Shown: piece by piece, positions 20,701 to 29,404 of the stretch | Numbering within the stretch: the stretch's first letter is position 1 | Layout of the letters: every line of letters begins with the position of its first letter | Virus record (IMG/VR): IMGVR_UViG_3300037502_002629 | Source: an uncultured virus (IMG/VR IMGVR_UViG_3300037502_002629) | Taxonomy: Duplodnaviria > Heunggongvirae > Uroviricota > Caudoviricetes | DNA length: 64,000 nucleotides | Direction: 5' to 3' (one strand) | The notes under the pieces: generated by a model | What the model saw: the letters and a program-made list of their open reading frames with translations, nothing else | Database searches by the model: none | What the model was told of the DNA's origin: nothing | Translations under genes and position numbers: made by a program

Positions 20701-23700
20701 TAGAGCTACTGCTTCATCTGTTACCAGCAACTTTTCAAATGTAATTAAGAATATTTTTAGACAAAGCAAGAAAACTAATCTCGAAGCTTTAAAAGAAGAA
20801 GCAGCTAAGATTAGAAAGATAATGCAGATTAATAAACTTGATGAAAATACGCTTGATGATTACCTTGAAGGTATTTTTGGCAATCAAGATTCAGTGTGGT
20901 ATATGGGATCTACCATATCAGGTAGTAATAGTATGATAGTTAACATGGATCAGCTTATTGGTCAAAATGCTAACTCCGAAGCTGTTATATCTGCTGTTTG
21001 GCAATACCTGCGTAATGTTACAGAGTCAGCTAGGATAGAGGCTGTCAACTGGATGCAAGAAACTGATGTAAATAAAGCCACAGACGAAATCATTAAAGCA
21101 CATGGTGGGGACTTGTATAAAGCAAATGAATCATTTACTGAAGTAGTCGATGTCAATACACAATATGACAAAGACGGTAATGTAACTGAAACCAAACAGT
21201 TTTTACAGGCATTAGATCCTGCAAATATTGAATTTTACAATACTTATAATAGGTATAAAGCCCAGCTAAAACTGCTTAAAAACTTAATCATCACTACATC
21301 GCAAGCCAAGAAAACTGCACCTGAAAGTGAACAAGATACCATACAAGCTGAGATTGATAGACTCCGCGATTTAGAAAATGCTTTGGGTCTAGAGTTTATC
21401 GAGTGGCAGATAGAAGAAACAAATACAGAATTTAAACCTGAAGTATTGCGTTTATTTAGAGCAAGTGGAACAGCCAATACTGAAATATCTGACCTATATA
21501 GACAAATACAAGCTATTGAAAACAGTGCTCATGGGGTCCAAAACTTAACAGAAGAACAACAAGAAGCTATTGATAGTCTAGAAGCTCAGATATCAAAAAT
21601 ACGCGAGCGACTTAAACAAGAAGATCCAGCACTACAGGAAAAGTTGGATAAGATGTTGGAATACTTTGAGTATGATTTGAACTATAGTCTATGGGTTAAG
21701 AAGAAAGCTGAAATTGAAGCAAGAGGAAATCCTTTGGAGCTAGAACGTTGGCATCGCAACAATAGTGTCATGGCTCCTACACAAGAGTGGCAGGAACAGA
21801 TTGAGCGTATTTACGAGCAAATAGCAGCTGTGCGGGAAGAAGATCCAGTGATGCAAGATCTTATTAAAAAACGCAACAGCATTAAAAACCGCAACAAGGT
21901 GAGGGGTAAGTTTAATCTTCTATATATGAGTGAACAAGATGTGGAAGAGTTTGTGAAGTTAGATGAGCAGATACGCGAGCGAGGAATGATGGCAGCTGAA
22001 ACTACTGACATGATTACCAAGCAATATCTCGCTGAGCGATTTAATCTTTTAGCCAGTATGCGCAAAGAAGTACTGAGTGATAGTTATACTAAGAAAAGAG
22101 ATGCACTAAAAAGCGCAGTTGAACTTTCCTATAAGACATACAAGCAATTATCAGAACAGCACGATAAGGAGGCAAGTCCTTCATTAGCATTGCGTCAACG
22201 TATGGTTGAGGCATATAACCAGTATCAACGTGACGAAAACATATTTGCTGAGTTTTTTAATAAATACAATTACACAAAGTATGAAGTAGGAAACGATGTT
22301 ATTGCTTTACGTAAAGATATAAACGAACAACCCAAGCGTTTTGTATATGTGTCTATGCCTGCTGATCCTAATGATATAGAGCAGATTCCTAATAATAAAT
22401 ACAAAATCAAACGTCTGAAACAAGAAGCTTATAATCCAGATTATCAGCAATCTTTTGTACCTCAACGAGAAGGCGCAGGTTTTTATCCTTATCCCAAGGC
22501 TATACGATTTAACAAAGACACTAGTGAGTTTGAAATCAATCCAAGAGCTAGTCAGCGATATGTTAGCAGTAAGTTTAAACAAATGCAGGCTGATCCTGTA
22601 AAACACAAATTTTATACTGAGTGGTTTATCAAAAACTTTGTTCTCAAACAAAAATCAGCCAGTGGCCGCCCTCTTGGATTTTTTGCACCTTACGTACAAC
22701 AACGCGGCTTAGAAAACATAATAAGCAAAGGAGTTGAAGGCGTAGGTAGAGAAATTAAAGAGAAGATGCAGGAACTTCAATATGCTAATAGCAAAATGGA
22801 AGAAGCCACTAACCAGTCTGGAGTTACAGGTAAACAAAAAATATACTTTCCTGAAAACCAGCGTGTCACTGCAGATCTTACTTCTACTGACATGATTGGC
22901 TCTATAGTGAATTGGAATACAGGATATTACTTAAATAAAAACTTAGCTGTATCAGCACTAGAAGTGGAAGGTATACTGGCATATCTGAATGATATCAGAG
23001 CACGTCTATCTGCTGATTCCAGAGATTTAACAGGTACTAGAGACGCTGACCGAGTTGCTGCAGCTCGAAAAATAGACGTCATCATTAAAGAGATCGAGTA
23101 TAGTCATATGAAGTTCAATTATGGACAAATGTATGAGAAAGGCGCATCTCAACATCCATTGCTTAACAGAAAGACATTGCGTGTTATTATGCAGTTGGCA
23201 GCTTTTGGGCGTATGGCTTTTGATATACCAATGCAGTTTGGTAACTTACTCTCTGGTAATGTGCAAGCATTTTTATCTACACAAGAAGCAAGATTTGCTA
23301 CACCACAGGATTACATAGAAGCAAAGAAAGTTTTATACAGTAAGTTTTTTCCAAAGTTACTTGCAGACTATGGTAAACAAAGCGGTTTATCATTAGAAAC
23401 TTTGATTTATTACTACATGAATCCCTCACTTAAAGACCTGAGCAATTTTGCAGATATGAATACTGTAAAAAAAATGCGCAGGTTAGCAAATAAAGTGTGG
23501 GCTTTTCAAGATATCAGTATGGCTCTGCAGGATAAAGGCGAGGTTGAAATAGGCATGACAACTATGCTTATGATAATGATCAACAGAAAATTCGAGCAGT
23601 TTGAAATTAATCCTGATGGTAGTGTTGTAATAGAAAATGGTGTTAAGAAAGTAAAGCGCGATAGCGAAGGTAATGTAGTCTATGTCAATGCTACTGAAGT

Positions 23701-24592
23701 ATTTAAGCAAGTTAATGGAGCTATTCAGTTACGCAATGATGTAAACGTTACTGAACAGGAAATGCAACATTTGAAAGGTACTATTATGACTGAAATCTAT
23801 CGGTTTCAGGGAAACTATGCTAAAGCTACAAAGTCAAGCTTTAGCGGTACAATGATAGGTACTCTTTATAACTTTTATAGAAATTATCTCATACCAGCAG
23901 TATCTAACCGCTTTAGCATGGGCGGCTACGAAGGTGTAGGTAGCGCATATAGTTGGGATGCACCAGAAGCATACACTGGATACTATGTAGCTTTAATGAA
24001 GATGTTCAAGTATTATGGTTTAGGTAAAGCTGGAAAGGCGTTGTTATATGATACGTTCCTACCAGGCTTCGCTAAAAAACAGATTAAGTTTGACTCAGAT
24101 GAGGGGATGGACTATTATCGATATCGTGCAGTTATGGCCTCCAGAGAAGTATTAGTAGGTCTTTTATTTTACATGCTATATCAAGCCCTTCGTAATATGA
24201 TTATGGACGATGATTCTGAAGAACTAACTTTTGTTGAACTATCCTTGGCAAGGTCGTTGGTAAAAGTATCAAATGAGTCACGTTCTATGATTCCTTTGCC
24301 AATCATTGGTAAACCAGGCGATTATATTGATAATTTTGCTCAGCTAACCAGTGCACTTAAAGAAGGTAAAACTCTATGGAATCTCTCAGAAGATGCATTC
24401 TGGTCAATAATGTATACTACAACTGGATCAGAACATGCGTATGAGCGCGCGTTTTACCAGCGTGATACTGATAGATGGCAAGAAGGCGATCCTAGATTAT
24501 ATAAAAGTGTAGCGGATTTGTTGGCGTGGTCTAATATAGTAGATGCAGTACAGCCGCGTGAAGCAGCTGAAAGAGCAGTAAAAATGAAATAA
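17768..24592 (+). CDS. Giant putative cargo protein with degenerate zincin-like motif and PD-(D/E)XK nuclease domain
   Basis: N-terminal LAPNGQPSML...LDMNGEP motif. EEVMH at 18449-18463 sits in a zincin-like context. PEIEI...GRLDIL...IDLKTK...YHIQLAIY (~19440-19730) matches the RecB/PD-(D/E)XK layout. Long coiled-coil middle region. Confidence 0.75.
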   Translation: MACSIIRDPRDGEVVQILAPNGQPSMLFSNAYQVTGNSEKALRIWAAAYTPRFKMKYGDWENGETFLTLDMNGEPTVDTVMYTNRQINDILKTYFANWTNFQPGNRGFVKESEARRFLAALKKKFPDIKAELQYSSGEPGYAKVVFIPDEKQIPFTTNRKEIRQQKEVVNPLMDKLMSKFPGLTYEWIKPGELNQSDHYEKVDGIRAFVRNNKIYLVEGRVLPEDGIEEVMHVFVEMLRQSRPTLFKGLLDAASKDPKYQATFIAIYNHYSDKIRNKERAEIIIQSEFLGKSLAAAMRNELETNPDGRPATTFGKLIQRFLDWLANLLDIGAMSGRETLNEIVAYINTEDVAIPLPEDNYTYYSAAPTSDPDNLYDPDDRDDAEEYNKKKKRPTQREKLIERGKLELEKLRLVREFVTRNALSTAGAEAEEAKRLSIVDLLIANVQQKIQDLEDGAETISVSKYGGSEKTEIARTKTADIGASFGEFYHMFLEELQFEYMKSNRSPSTVFSDPSWFDEFYEKHKDLIKFDKFDKQVVRQIAGQLAAKLDALTSEGKIILPEIEIAVKDQSGKIVIGRLDILTVDKRGKTSVIDLKTKKVNYIPGKPNYYNERVFTMEPSSRQDTLFKDGVDPVFAQFRLRNPLKKYHIQLAIYGEMISALGINPNDIQDRKIWAVAYNVQQIPNTEIYNLEGYGIGEFNNADWKSIDPNGVIDAAAQSRFRPAEERQDTDTTAEEIKKNPFAQVDKDSLTQMVERILKLAQNTLSALEKEKNAIKNNENISVEDANKLVGEINKRVASILSIKEKIEQEGLDNPTDESIRLSKAAIIKMAIDVFSYEIENISNKVDEVDIPSTYSLNNVQNQNMLKTLQEYNSTLENIASYIRDFKNTITSMENLPKDTKEAIQEYFDEMLRKSSNASAVYVNVGKKIVKTVILNTIGPANLNTTGPAKFEKVFGEMRAMLGPKLAAIEKTIADIESNRATASSVTSNFSNVIKNIFRQSKKTNLEALKEEAAKIRKIMQINKLDENTLDDYLEGIFGNQDSVWYMGSTISGSNSMIVNMDQLIGQNANSEAVISAVWQYLRNVTESARIEAVNWMQETDVNKATDEIIKAHGGDLYKANESFTEVVDVNTQYDKDGNVTETKQFLQALDPANIEFYNTYNRYKAQLKLLKNLIITTSQAKKTAPESEQDTIQAEIDRLRDLENALGLEFIEWQIEETNTEFKPEVLRLFRASGTANTEISDLYRQIQAIENSAHGVQNLTEEQQEAIDSLEAQISKIRERLKQEDPALQEKLDKMLEYFEYDLNYSLWVKKKAEIEARGNPLELERWHRNNSVMAPTQEWQEQIERIYEQIAAVREEDPVMQDLIKKRNSIKNRNKVRGKFNLLYMSEQDVEEFVKLDEQIRERGMMAAETTDMITKQYLAERFNLLASMRKEVLSDSYTKKRDALKSAVELSYKTYKQLSEQHDKEASPSLALRQRMVEAYNQYQRDENIFAEFFNKYNYTKYEVGNDVIALRKDINEQPKRFVYVSMPADPNDIEQIPNNKYKIKRLKQEAYNPDYQQSFVPQREGAGFYPYPKAIRFNKDTSEFEINPRASQRYVSSKFKQMQADPVKHKFYTEWFIKNFVLKQKSASGRPLGFFAPYVQQRGLENIISKGVEGVGREIKEKMQELQYANSKMEEATNQSGVTGKQKIYFPENQRVTADLTSTDMIGSIVNWNTGYYLNKNLAVSALEVEGILAYLNDIRARLSADSRDLTGTRDADRVAAARKIDVIIKEIEYSHMKFNYGQMYEKGASQHPLLNRKTLRVIMQLAAFGRMAFDIPMQFGNLLSGNVQAFLSTQEARFATPQDYIEAKKVLYSKFFPKLLADYGKQSGLSLETLIYYYMNPSLKDLSNFADMNTVKKMRRLANKVWAFQDISMALQDKGEVEIGMTTMLMIMINRKFEQFEINPDGSVVIENGVKKVKRDSEGNVVYVNATEVFKQVNGAIQLRNDVNVTEQEMQHLKGTIMTEIYRFQGNYAKATKSSFSGTMIGTLYNFYRNYLIPAVSNRFSMGGYEGVGSAYSWDAPEAYTGYYVALMKMFKYYGLGKAGKALLYDTFLPGFAKKQIKFDSDEGMDYYRYRAVMASREVLVGLLFYMLYQALRNMIMDDDSEELTFVELSLARSLVKVSNESRSMIPLPIIGKPGDYIDNFAQLTSALKEGKTLWNLSEDAFWSIMYTTTGSEHAYERAFYQRDTDRWQEGDPRLYKSVADLLAWSNIVDAVQPREAAERAVKMK

Positions 24593-24609
24593 CCTATAAA
24601 TTCAAAATC

Positions 24610-24732
24610 ATGGAAACAATCAAAGACATTATCGCTAAAGTCAATGCTACCATTGACACTTACTTCCCTACTGTACCTAACTGGTGCATTTGGACCATCG
24701 GAGCATTAGTAATTTACTTGATTTTGAAGTAA
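24610..24732 (+). CDS. Small membrane protein (40 aa, not in ORF track)
   Basis: METIKDIIAKVNATIDTYFPTVPNWCIWTIGALVIYLILK has a hydrophobic C-terminus and fills the intergenic gap. Confidence 0.6.
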   Translation: METIKDIIAKVNATIDTYFPTVPNWCIWTIGALVIYLILK

Positions 24733-24751
24733 TTTATTAGTATATTAGATT

Positions 24752-24892
24752 ATGGCTAAACCTAAAATGACTGCTGGGGCGGTATTCCATGCTCGTCCTA
24801 AAGTAAAAAGAGCAGGAGTACACGCTAAAACCAAACATAGCGGTTTAAAATCCAGCAAATTATACAAGAAGAAGTATAGAGGCCAAGGCTAA
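24752..24892 (+). CDS. Small basic protein ending KKYRGQG (46 aa, not in ORF track)
   Basis: MAKPKMTAGAVFHARPKVKRAGVHAKTKHSGLKSSKLYKKKYRGQG. Its stop overlaps the next ATG (TAATG). Confidence 0.75.
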   Translation: MAKPKMTAGAVFHARPKVKRAGVHAKTKHSGLKSSKLYKKKYRGQG

Positions 24893-25785
24893 TGACAAAT
24901 CAAGAAAAACGTCAGCTCTGGGAGGTATTGTACAAGTGCACCAGGAATGGATATCCTGGTGCCACTTATCAGCAATATGATTCCCCTAAGGATCCTAGAA
25001 TCCGCGGGGGTAGATATCCATGGACATATCACCAGCTACGGGATTTATATGAGATGCTTGTAGTGTACGGTGATGCGAATGAACCAATAGCAGCCTGGCG
25101 CGAGCTGGAAAAATACAAGAATAAAATTGCACCTGCTTGTCTGCGTACAATTTACCAAACTATGGTGTTTACTCCCCCTGTGCCATCTGGGCTAAGGTTG
25201 GTATTTCCAGACATATCTGACGCACCAGTAGGAAATCCAACAGATGTAAATGACTGGAATACACTTTTTGATTTGCCAAACAATGGAACGCCGTTTACAT
25301 CAGTTTATGTTTTAGGAACAACAACTTTAATATTAGTAGGGAGCACTAATATTACCTTTACTGCTGCAGATTTTAGCGGATATCAAGTAGAAATTATAGA
25401 TGATGAGGTAGGTTGTATTAGGGATACAACAATTAAATGTATGAATTGTCCAGCTTTGCAATCTATTAGTTTCCCGCGTGCAGTTGGAGTAGGTAAAAAT
25501 GCATATGAATCTTCAACACTACAAACAGCTAATTTACCTTTAGTTCAAGCAATTGGAACTCAGGCTTTTGCTGATTTAGCAGCATTAGAAACATTGTACA
25601 TACCAGTATGCACTAATCTTGGTGGAAGTGTATTAGATGATCTTGTTTTTCTCGGTACAGTTGGTGATTCAAATTTAGTGGTTACAATTGATTCATCCAG
25701 AGCAACTTGCAATGCAGGTGGTCCAGATGGAGACCTCGGATATTTAATAGGAAATATTCCTACCGCAACAATTACATACGTATAG
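24892..25785 (+). CDS. Hypothetical protein with C-terminal BspA/LRR_5-like repeats
   Basis: LQSISFPRAVGVGKNAY / LQTANLPLVQAIGTQAF / LETLYIPVCTNLG repeats. Confidence 0.55.
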   Translation: MTNQEKRQLWEVLYKCTRNGYPGATYQQYDSPKDPRIRGGRYPWTYHQLRDLYEMLVVYGDANEPIAAWRELEKYKNKIAPACLRTIYQTMVFTPPVPSGLRLVFPDISDAPVGNPTDVNDWNTLFDLPNNGTPFTSVYVLGTTTLILVGSTNITFTAADFSGYQVEIIDDEVGCIRDTTIKCMNCPALQSISFPRAVGVGKNAYESSTLQTANLPLVQAIGTQAFADLAALETLYIPVCTNLGGSVLDDLVFLGTVGDSNLVVTIDSSRATCNAGGPDGDLGYLIGNIPTATITYV

Positions 25786-25787
25786 AT

Positions 25788-26315
25788 ATGGCAAAACCTG
25801 GACTTTACGCAAACAAAGCTTGTTATAAATGTAAACTAGAAAAACCAATTGAACTTTATTATAAAGGTTCTAATACTAAAGATGGTTTGCATTCTTGGTG
25901 TAAAGATTGTTGCAATATTGGTAATAAAAAATCTATTATAAAAAAGTATTCTACATTTGAAGGTAGAATACCTACTTTTCTTTATACATGTAAAACAAGT
26001 GCTATTAAAAGAAAACAAGAATTTAGTTTAACAGCTGATGATTTAAGAGCCATGTGGAAAGAACAAGATGGTGTATGTTGTTATTCAGGCATACCTATGA
26101 AATTAGAACCAAATACTTTATTTTCAGTTTCTGTTGAACGTATAGATAATAATATAGGGTATCTTGCTGGTAATACTGTTTTAGTATGTAAAGGTATTAA
26201 TAGTATGAAATCTTCAATGACAGGTGAAGAATTTTATCAATTTTGTTCATCTGTCACTAATTGGTTATCAGATAGTAAAGGAAATCTAAATGTAACATTT
26301 CAAAAATATGACTAA
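25788..26315 (+). CDS. Free-standing HNH-family endonuclease (DRID-type) starting with captured MAKPGLYAN
   Basis: The likely start is ATG 25788, right after the upstream stop. It has CxxC zinc motifs, CCYSG and SVERIDNNIGY..GN.VLVC...NSMK. Confidence 0.85.
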   Translation: MAKPGLYANKACYKCKLEKPIELYYKGSNTKDGLHSWCKDCCNIGNKKSIIKKYSTFEGRIPTFLYTCKTSAIKRKQEFSLTADDLRAMWKEQDGVCCYSGIPMKLEPNTLFSVSVERIDNNIGYLAGNTVLVCKGINSMKSSMTGEEFYQFCSSVTNWLSDSKGNLNVTFQKYD

Positions 26316-26463
26316 ACAATCAAAAGGATTGTATGCTGCAATCCACGCTAAACGTAAGCGCATAGCTTCTGGCAGTGGAGAAAAAATGAGGAAACCTGGG
26401 GCTAAGGGTGCACCCTCTAAACAAGACTTTATCAAATCAGCTAAAACAGCTAAGAAGAAATAA
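26308..26463 (+). CDS. Small basic protein GLYAAIHAKRKRIASGSGEKMRKPG (51 aa, not in ORF track)
   Basis: MTKQSKGLYAAIHAKRKRIASGSGEKMRKPGAKGAPSKQDFIKSAKTAKKK. The start overlaps the HNH 3' end. Confidence 0.85.
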   Translation: MTKQSKGLYAAIHAKRKRIASGSGEKMRKPGAKGAPSKQDFIKSAKTAKKK

Positions 26464-26465
26464 CT

Positions 26466-26963
26466 ATGGCAAAGTCACCAGCCTGGCAAACTTGTATTTC
26501 CTGCAATAAAGAAGGAGATAAATCTTTATTTGCTAAAGGTGGAAAAGGAATGTGCAATAGATGTTATAAAATAAACTGGGAAGAAAAAAATCCTGATAAA
26601 GTAAGAGCTCAAAGACTTTGGGGAAATGCTTATAAAAGAGCTAAATCATTAGGTTGGCCTGAACCTGATTTTGATACAGAATGGATATACAATAAAATAA
26701 TAGAAGGTTATTGTGAAGCTACAGGAATAATGTTTGATTTAACAAGTGTTACTAGGCTTTCAAACCATGCTAAAAATCCCTGGGTTCCATCTATAGATAG
26801 AATAGATAGTTCTAAACCATATTTAAAAAATAATGTCCAAATTGTGGTGTATATGTATAATGTTTGTAAAGCTGAATTTAGCCACCAAGATGTAATAACT
26901 TTCTGTAAAGCTGTAAAATTAAAAGAAGATGGCAAAATACAAAAGTCCAAGTTGGCAGCGTAA
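26466..26963 (+). CDS. Free-standing HNH-family endonuclease (DRID-type) starting with captured MAKSPAWQ
   Basis: CxxC pairs, YCEATG and PSIDRIDSSKPYLKNNVQIV...NVCK. Confidence 0.85.
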   Translation: MAKSPAWQTCISCNKEGDKSLFAKGGKGMCNRCYKINWEEKNPDKVRAQRLWGNAYKRAKSLGWPEPDFDTEWIYNKIIEGYCEATGIMFDLTSVTRLSNHAKNPWVPSIDRIDSSKPYLKNNVQIVVYMYNVCKAEFSHQDVITFCKAVKLKEDGKIQKSKLAA

Positions 26964-27216
26964 AGAAGGTAAATCTAAATCAGGTGGACTCAATAAGAAG
27001 GGTGTAGCTTCTTATAGACGAGCTAACCCTGGGTCTAAGCTTCAGACTGCTGTGACCACTAAACCCAGTAAGCTTAAACCTGGTAGTAAAGACGCTAAAC
27101 GTCGCAAGTCATTCTGTTCCAGGATGAAAGGGATGAAAGCTAAACTTACATCAGCTAAGACTGCCAATGATCCCAACAGCAGGATCAATAAGTCACTTAA
27201 AAAATGGAATTGTTAA
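26929..27216 (+). CDS. Small basic phage protein (SPSWQRKEGK...GGLN...RRKSFCSRM...KKWNC)
   Basis: ORF track. Lys/Arg-rich with a recognisable phage motif. The start lies inside the HNH 3' end. Confidence 0.85.
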   Translation: MAKYKSPSWQRKEGKSKSGGLNKKGVASYRRANPGSKLQTAVTTKPSKLKPGSKDAKRRKSFCSRMKGMKAKLTSAKTANDPNSRINKSLKKWNC

Positions 27217-27237
27217 AAATAATTAACTTTACATAAA

Positions 27238-28497
27238 ATGCAATACAGTCTTGACCAAGCAAGGTTATGGTTTAGAGATGCCTTACCTGCAACACGTCCT
27301 AACGGGTTTATTGTTAGTCGTGATATTATGATTCTTGACAATGGAGAATCGTACATTTTTACTACAGCATGGGAGAAGGTGACACTGCCTATCAAGGGTG
27401 AGAAAGGAGATAAAGGCGACACTGGTCCACAGGGTCCTCCAGGTTCAAGCACAGGTGGTGGTGCTAACATAGGTTTTGTAAGGTGGGTTACTACTGATGC
27501 TGAACTTCAGTCTGCGTGGGCGGGAGTGGTAAGTGGCACTGTAAGAAGTATTCATCTTGCTGCTGACATTACATTAAGTAAGACTCTTGAGTTACCTGCT
27601 AATTACAATAAAATTCTTGAGATAGAAGGACATGGCTCACGCCTGTTTATCCCTTCAGGAATGACAGGTATCAGGCGTTCTTATAACAGTCTGAGCGAGG
27701 CTAAGGCAGGTATTGACTGTCAGTTAAGGATTACTAACCTAAGCTTTGAAAGTTCAGGTCGTACAGCTACTGCGATTGATATGCAGGCTAACTACGGATC
27801 ACGCATTGAGGGTTGCAGGTTCTACAACTTTGCAACTGCATACAAGGGTGGATGGACGATGGGAACTATCATTGATCAGTGCTACTTCTGGGAGAATAAC
27901 ATATCTATTGATTTGGACTATGCGAGGTTCACAGGTGGATCAAACAGTGAATCTCAGTGCAACCATTCGATTGTAAGGGACTGTAAGTTCAGACACAGCG
28001 CAGGTCAGTTTGCAGCAATCAAAGCAACTGCTGTTAGTGGTTTACATGTGTGGCATAATATTTTTGAAGGAGTAGAAGCGGGCCCAGATTACGAAGTTTT
28101 CTTTGATGATAACAGCAGTAATGTGGTGAAGGAAGTGTTGATCTACGGTAACCACGTCGAGCAGAAACCACGTATTGCAGCGTTTCATGTGCGGTTGAAG
28201 GACGGGTATGCTTACGTTGGCGGTATCTATTCTCAGTACGATTGTACATTGATTTCGTTTGATTCTTCAGCGTATGCAAAGATGTTTGTCGAAGCCATTC
28301 CGTTCCTAACATCGGGTACTACGTTTAATCACGTTAATAACGCTGGACGCTGGTATTGGATAAATCCACCTGCAACATTTGACCCTGCTACACCTTCTCG
28401 TTGGGTTAATGGAAACGTACCTATTAACATGGGAGTTGAAAGCTGGAATACAAATGGACAGACGCCATTTATCAGATTAGCAGGAAGAACCTTATAA
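27238..28497 (+). CDS. Putative spike/fibre protein: short collagen-like repeat plus parallel beta-helix
   Basis: GEKGDKGDTGPQGPPG followed by pectin-lyase-like strands (IEGCRFYN, IDQCYFWEN, VRDCKFRH). Confidence 0.7.
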   Translation: MQYSLDQARLWFRDALPATRPNGFIVSRDIMILDNGESYIFTTAWEKVTLPIKGEKGDKGDTGPQGPPGSSTGGGANIGFVRWVTTDAELQSAWAGVVSGTVRSIHLAADITLSKTLELPANYNKILEIEGHGSRLFIPSGMTGIRRSYNSLSEAKAGIDCQLRITNLSFESSGRTATAIDMQANYGSRIEGCRFYNFATAYKGGWTMGTIIDQCYFWENNISIDLDYARFTGGSNSESQCNHSIVRDCKFRHSAGQFAAIKATAVSGLHVWHNIFEGVEAGPDYEVFFDDNSSNVVKEVLIYGNHVEQKPRIAAFHVRLKDGYAYVGGIYSQYDCTLISFDSSAYAKMFVEAIPFLTSGTTFNHVNNAGRWYWINPPATFDPATPSRWVNGNVPINMGVESWNTNGQTPFIRLAGRTL

Positions 28498-28499
28498 AT

Positions 28500-28691
28500 A
28501 TGACCAAGAAAAACTGGATTCAAGGTGCTATAAAAAAACCTGGAGCATTCACTAAGAAAGCAAAAGCTGCTGGTAAATCTGTGAGTGCCTATGCTACTTC
28601 TGTATTAAAAGAAGGTAGTAAAGCTAGTACTCGTACGAAGCGTCAAGCCGCGCTTGCAAAAACATTATCTAAAATGCGTAAAAAGAAATAA
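28500..28691 (+). CDS. Small basic protein (KNWIQGAIKKPGA...LAKTLSKM)
   Basis: ORF track. Lys-rich and tightly packed in the operon. Confidence 0.8.
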   Translation: MTKKNWIQGAIKKPGAFTKKAKAAGKSVSAYATSVLKEGSKASTRTKRQAALAKTLSKMRKKK

Positions 28692-28693
28692 TC

Positions 28694-28975
28694 ATGTCAA
28701 TGAATAAAGGAAAAGCAAAAGCCAAACCTGCTCGTAAATCAGGTAAAAGCAAGGGTAAAACCACAGCAGCTACTGCTGGTATCCCTAAACGCGCGGTGAT
28801 GAATCGTCGTAAATACAATGAAGCTATCTCTGGTGATACTATGAGTAACTACGCTATGTACAAACGCGGTGGTACTACTAAGGCTAAGAAGTTTGCAGCA
28901 CTAGCTCCACCATATGATAAAGTAACTTATGCAGATAAAATTGTAGGAGCTAAAAAGCGTGGCAAGAAAAAATAA
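28694..28975 (+). CDS. Small basic protein
   Basis: ORF track. Lys-rich, contains MYKRGG. Confidence 0.75.
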   Translation: MSMNKGKAKAKPARKSGKSKGKTTAATAGIPKRAVMNRRKYNEAISGDTMSNYAMYKRGGTTKAKKFAALAPPYDKVTYADKIVGAKKRGKKK

Positions 28976-29000
28976 TTCTAACCCTTAAAAACTAAAAACA

Positions 29001-29165
29001 ATGAAAATGCCAAAAGGAACTGACCGCGGTAATGCAGGTATGACTGGTACAAATCAATACCTCAAAAAAGGCGGTAAAGTTGGTAAAAAGAAAATGATGT
29101 ATGGCGGCAAACCAACAATGAAAAAAGGTGGTGCTAGCATGGGCAAAATGAAAAAAGGAATGTAA
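29001..29165 (+). CDS. Small basic Met/Lys/Gly-rich protein (54 aa, not in ORF track)
   Basis: MKMPKGTDRGNAGMTGTNQYLKKGGKVGKKKMMYGGKPTMKKGGASMGKMKKGM, preceded by an A-rich leader. Confidence 0.75.
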   Translation: MKMPKGTDRGNAGMTGTNQYLKKGGKVGKKKMMYGGKPTMKKGGASMGKMKKGM

Positions 29166-29167
29166 TC

Positions 29168-29353
29168 ATGGGAAAGCTAGGAAGAATGTCAAATCCTAAT
29201 GCAAAGGTATCTGCTCAGAAAGTACCTGGTAGCAAAGGTGTAGGATCCACTAAAAGTCAAAAAATATCTGGTGCTCAAAAGAAACCAAGTGGTAGAGTAG
29301 GAGGAGGTAATGCAAAAGCAACTGTATCTCCTAAAAAAATGAAAGGTTGCTGA
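29168..29353 (+). CDS. Small basic protein
   Basis: ORF track. Lys/Gly/Ser-rich. Confidence 0.7.
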   Translation: MGKLGRMSNPNAKVSAQKVPGSKGVGSTKSQKISGAQKKPSGRVGGGNAKATVSPKKMKGC

Positions 29354-29364
29354 CTTAAATTATC

Positions 29365-29394
29365 GTGAAGGCTGCTAGAAATGGTAGCCTTCAT
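29365..29394. terminator. Hairpin between convergent gene blocks
   Basis: GTGAAGGCTGCTA-GAAA-TGGTAGCCTTCAT followed by T-rich sequence. Confidence 0.7.
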
Positions 29395-29404
29395 TATTTA
29401 TAGT

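Noticed and set aside
721..23710. Many short antisense or out-of-frame ORFs inside the three giant genes
   Set aside because: They are shadows of long coding frames with no recognisable motifs.
25707..25787. Upstream extension of the first HNH ORF
   Set aside because: It overlaps the preceding gene. ATG 25788 directly after that gene's stop is the better start.
25788..26963. HNH genes as self-splicing introns or inteins
   Set aside because: No group I/II core or intein termini are visible, and each downstream gene has its own duplicated start.
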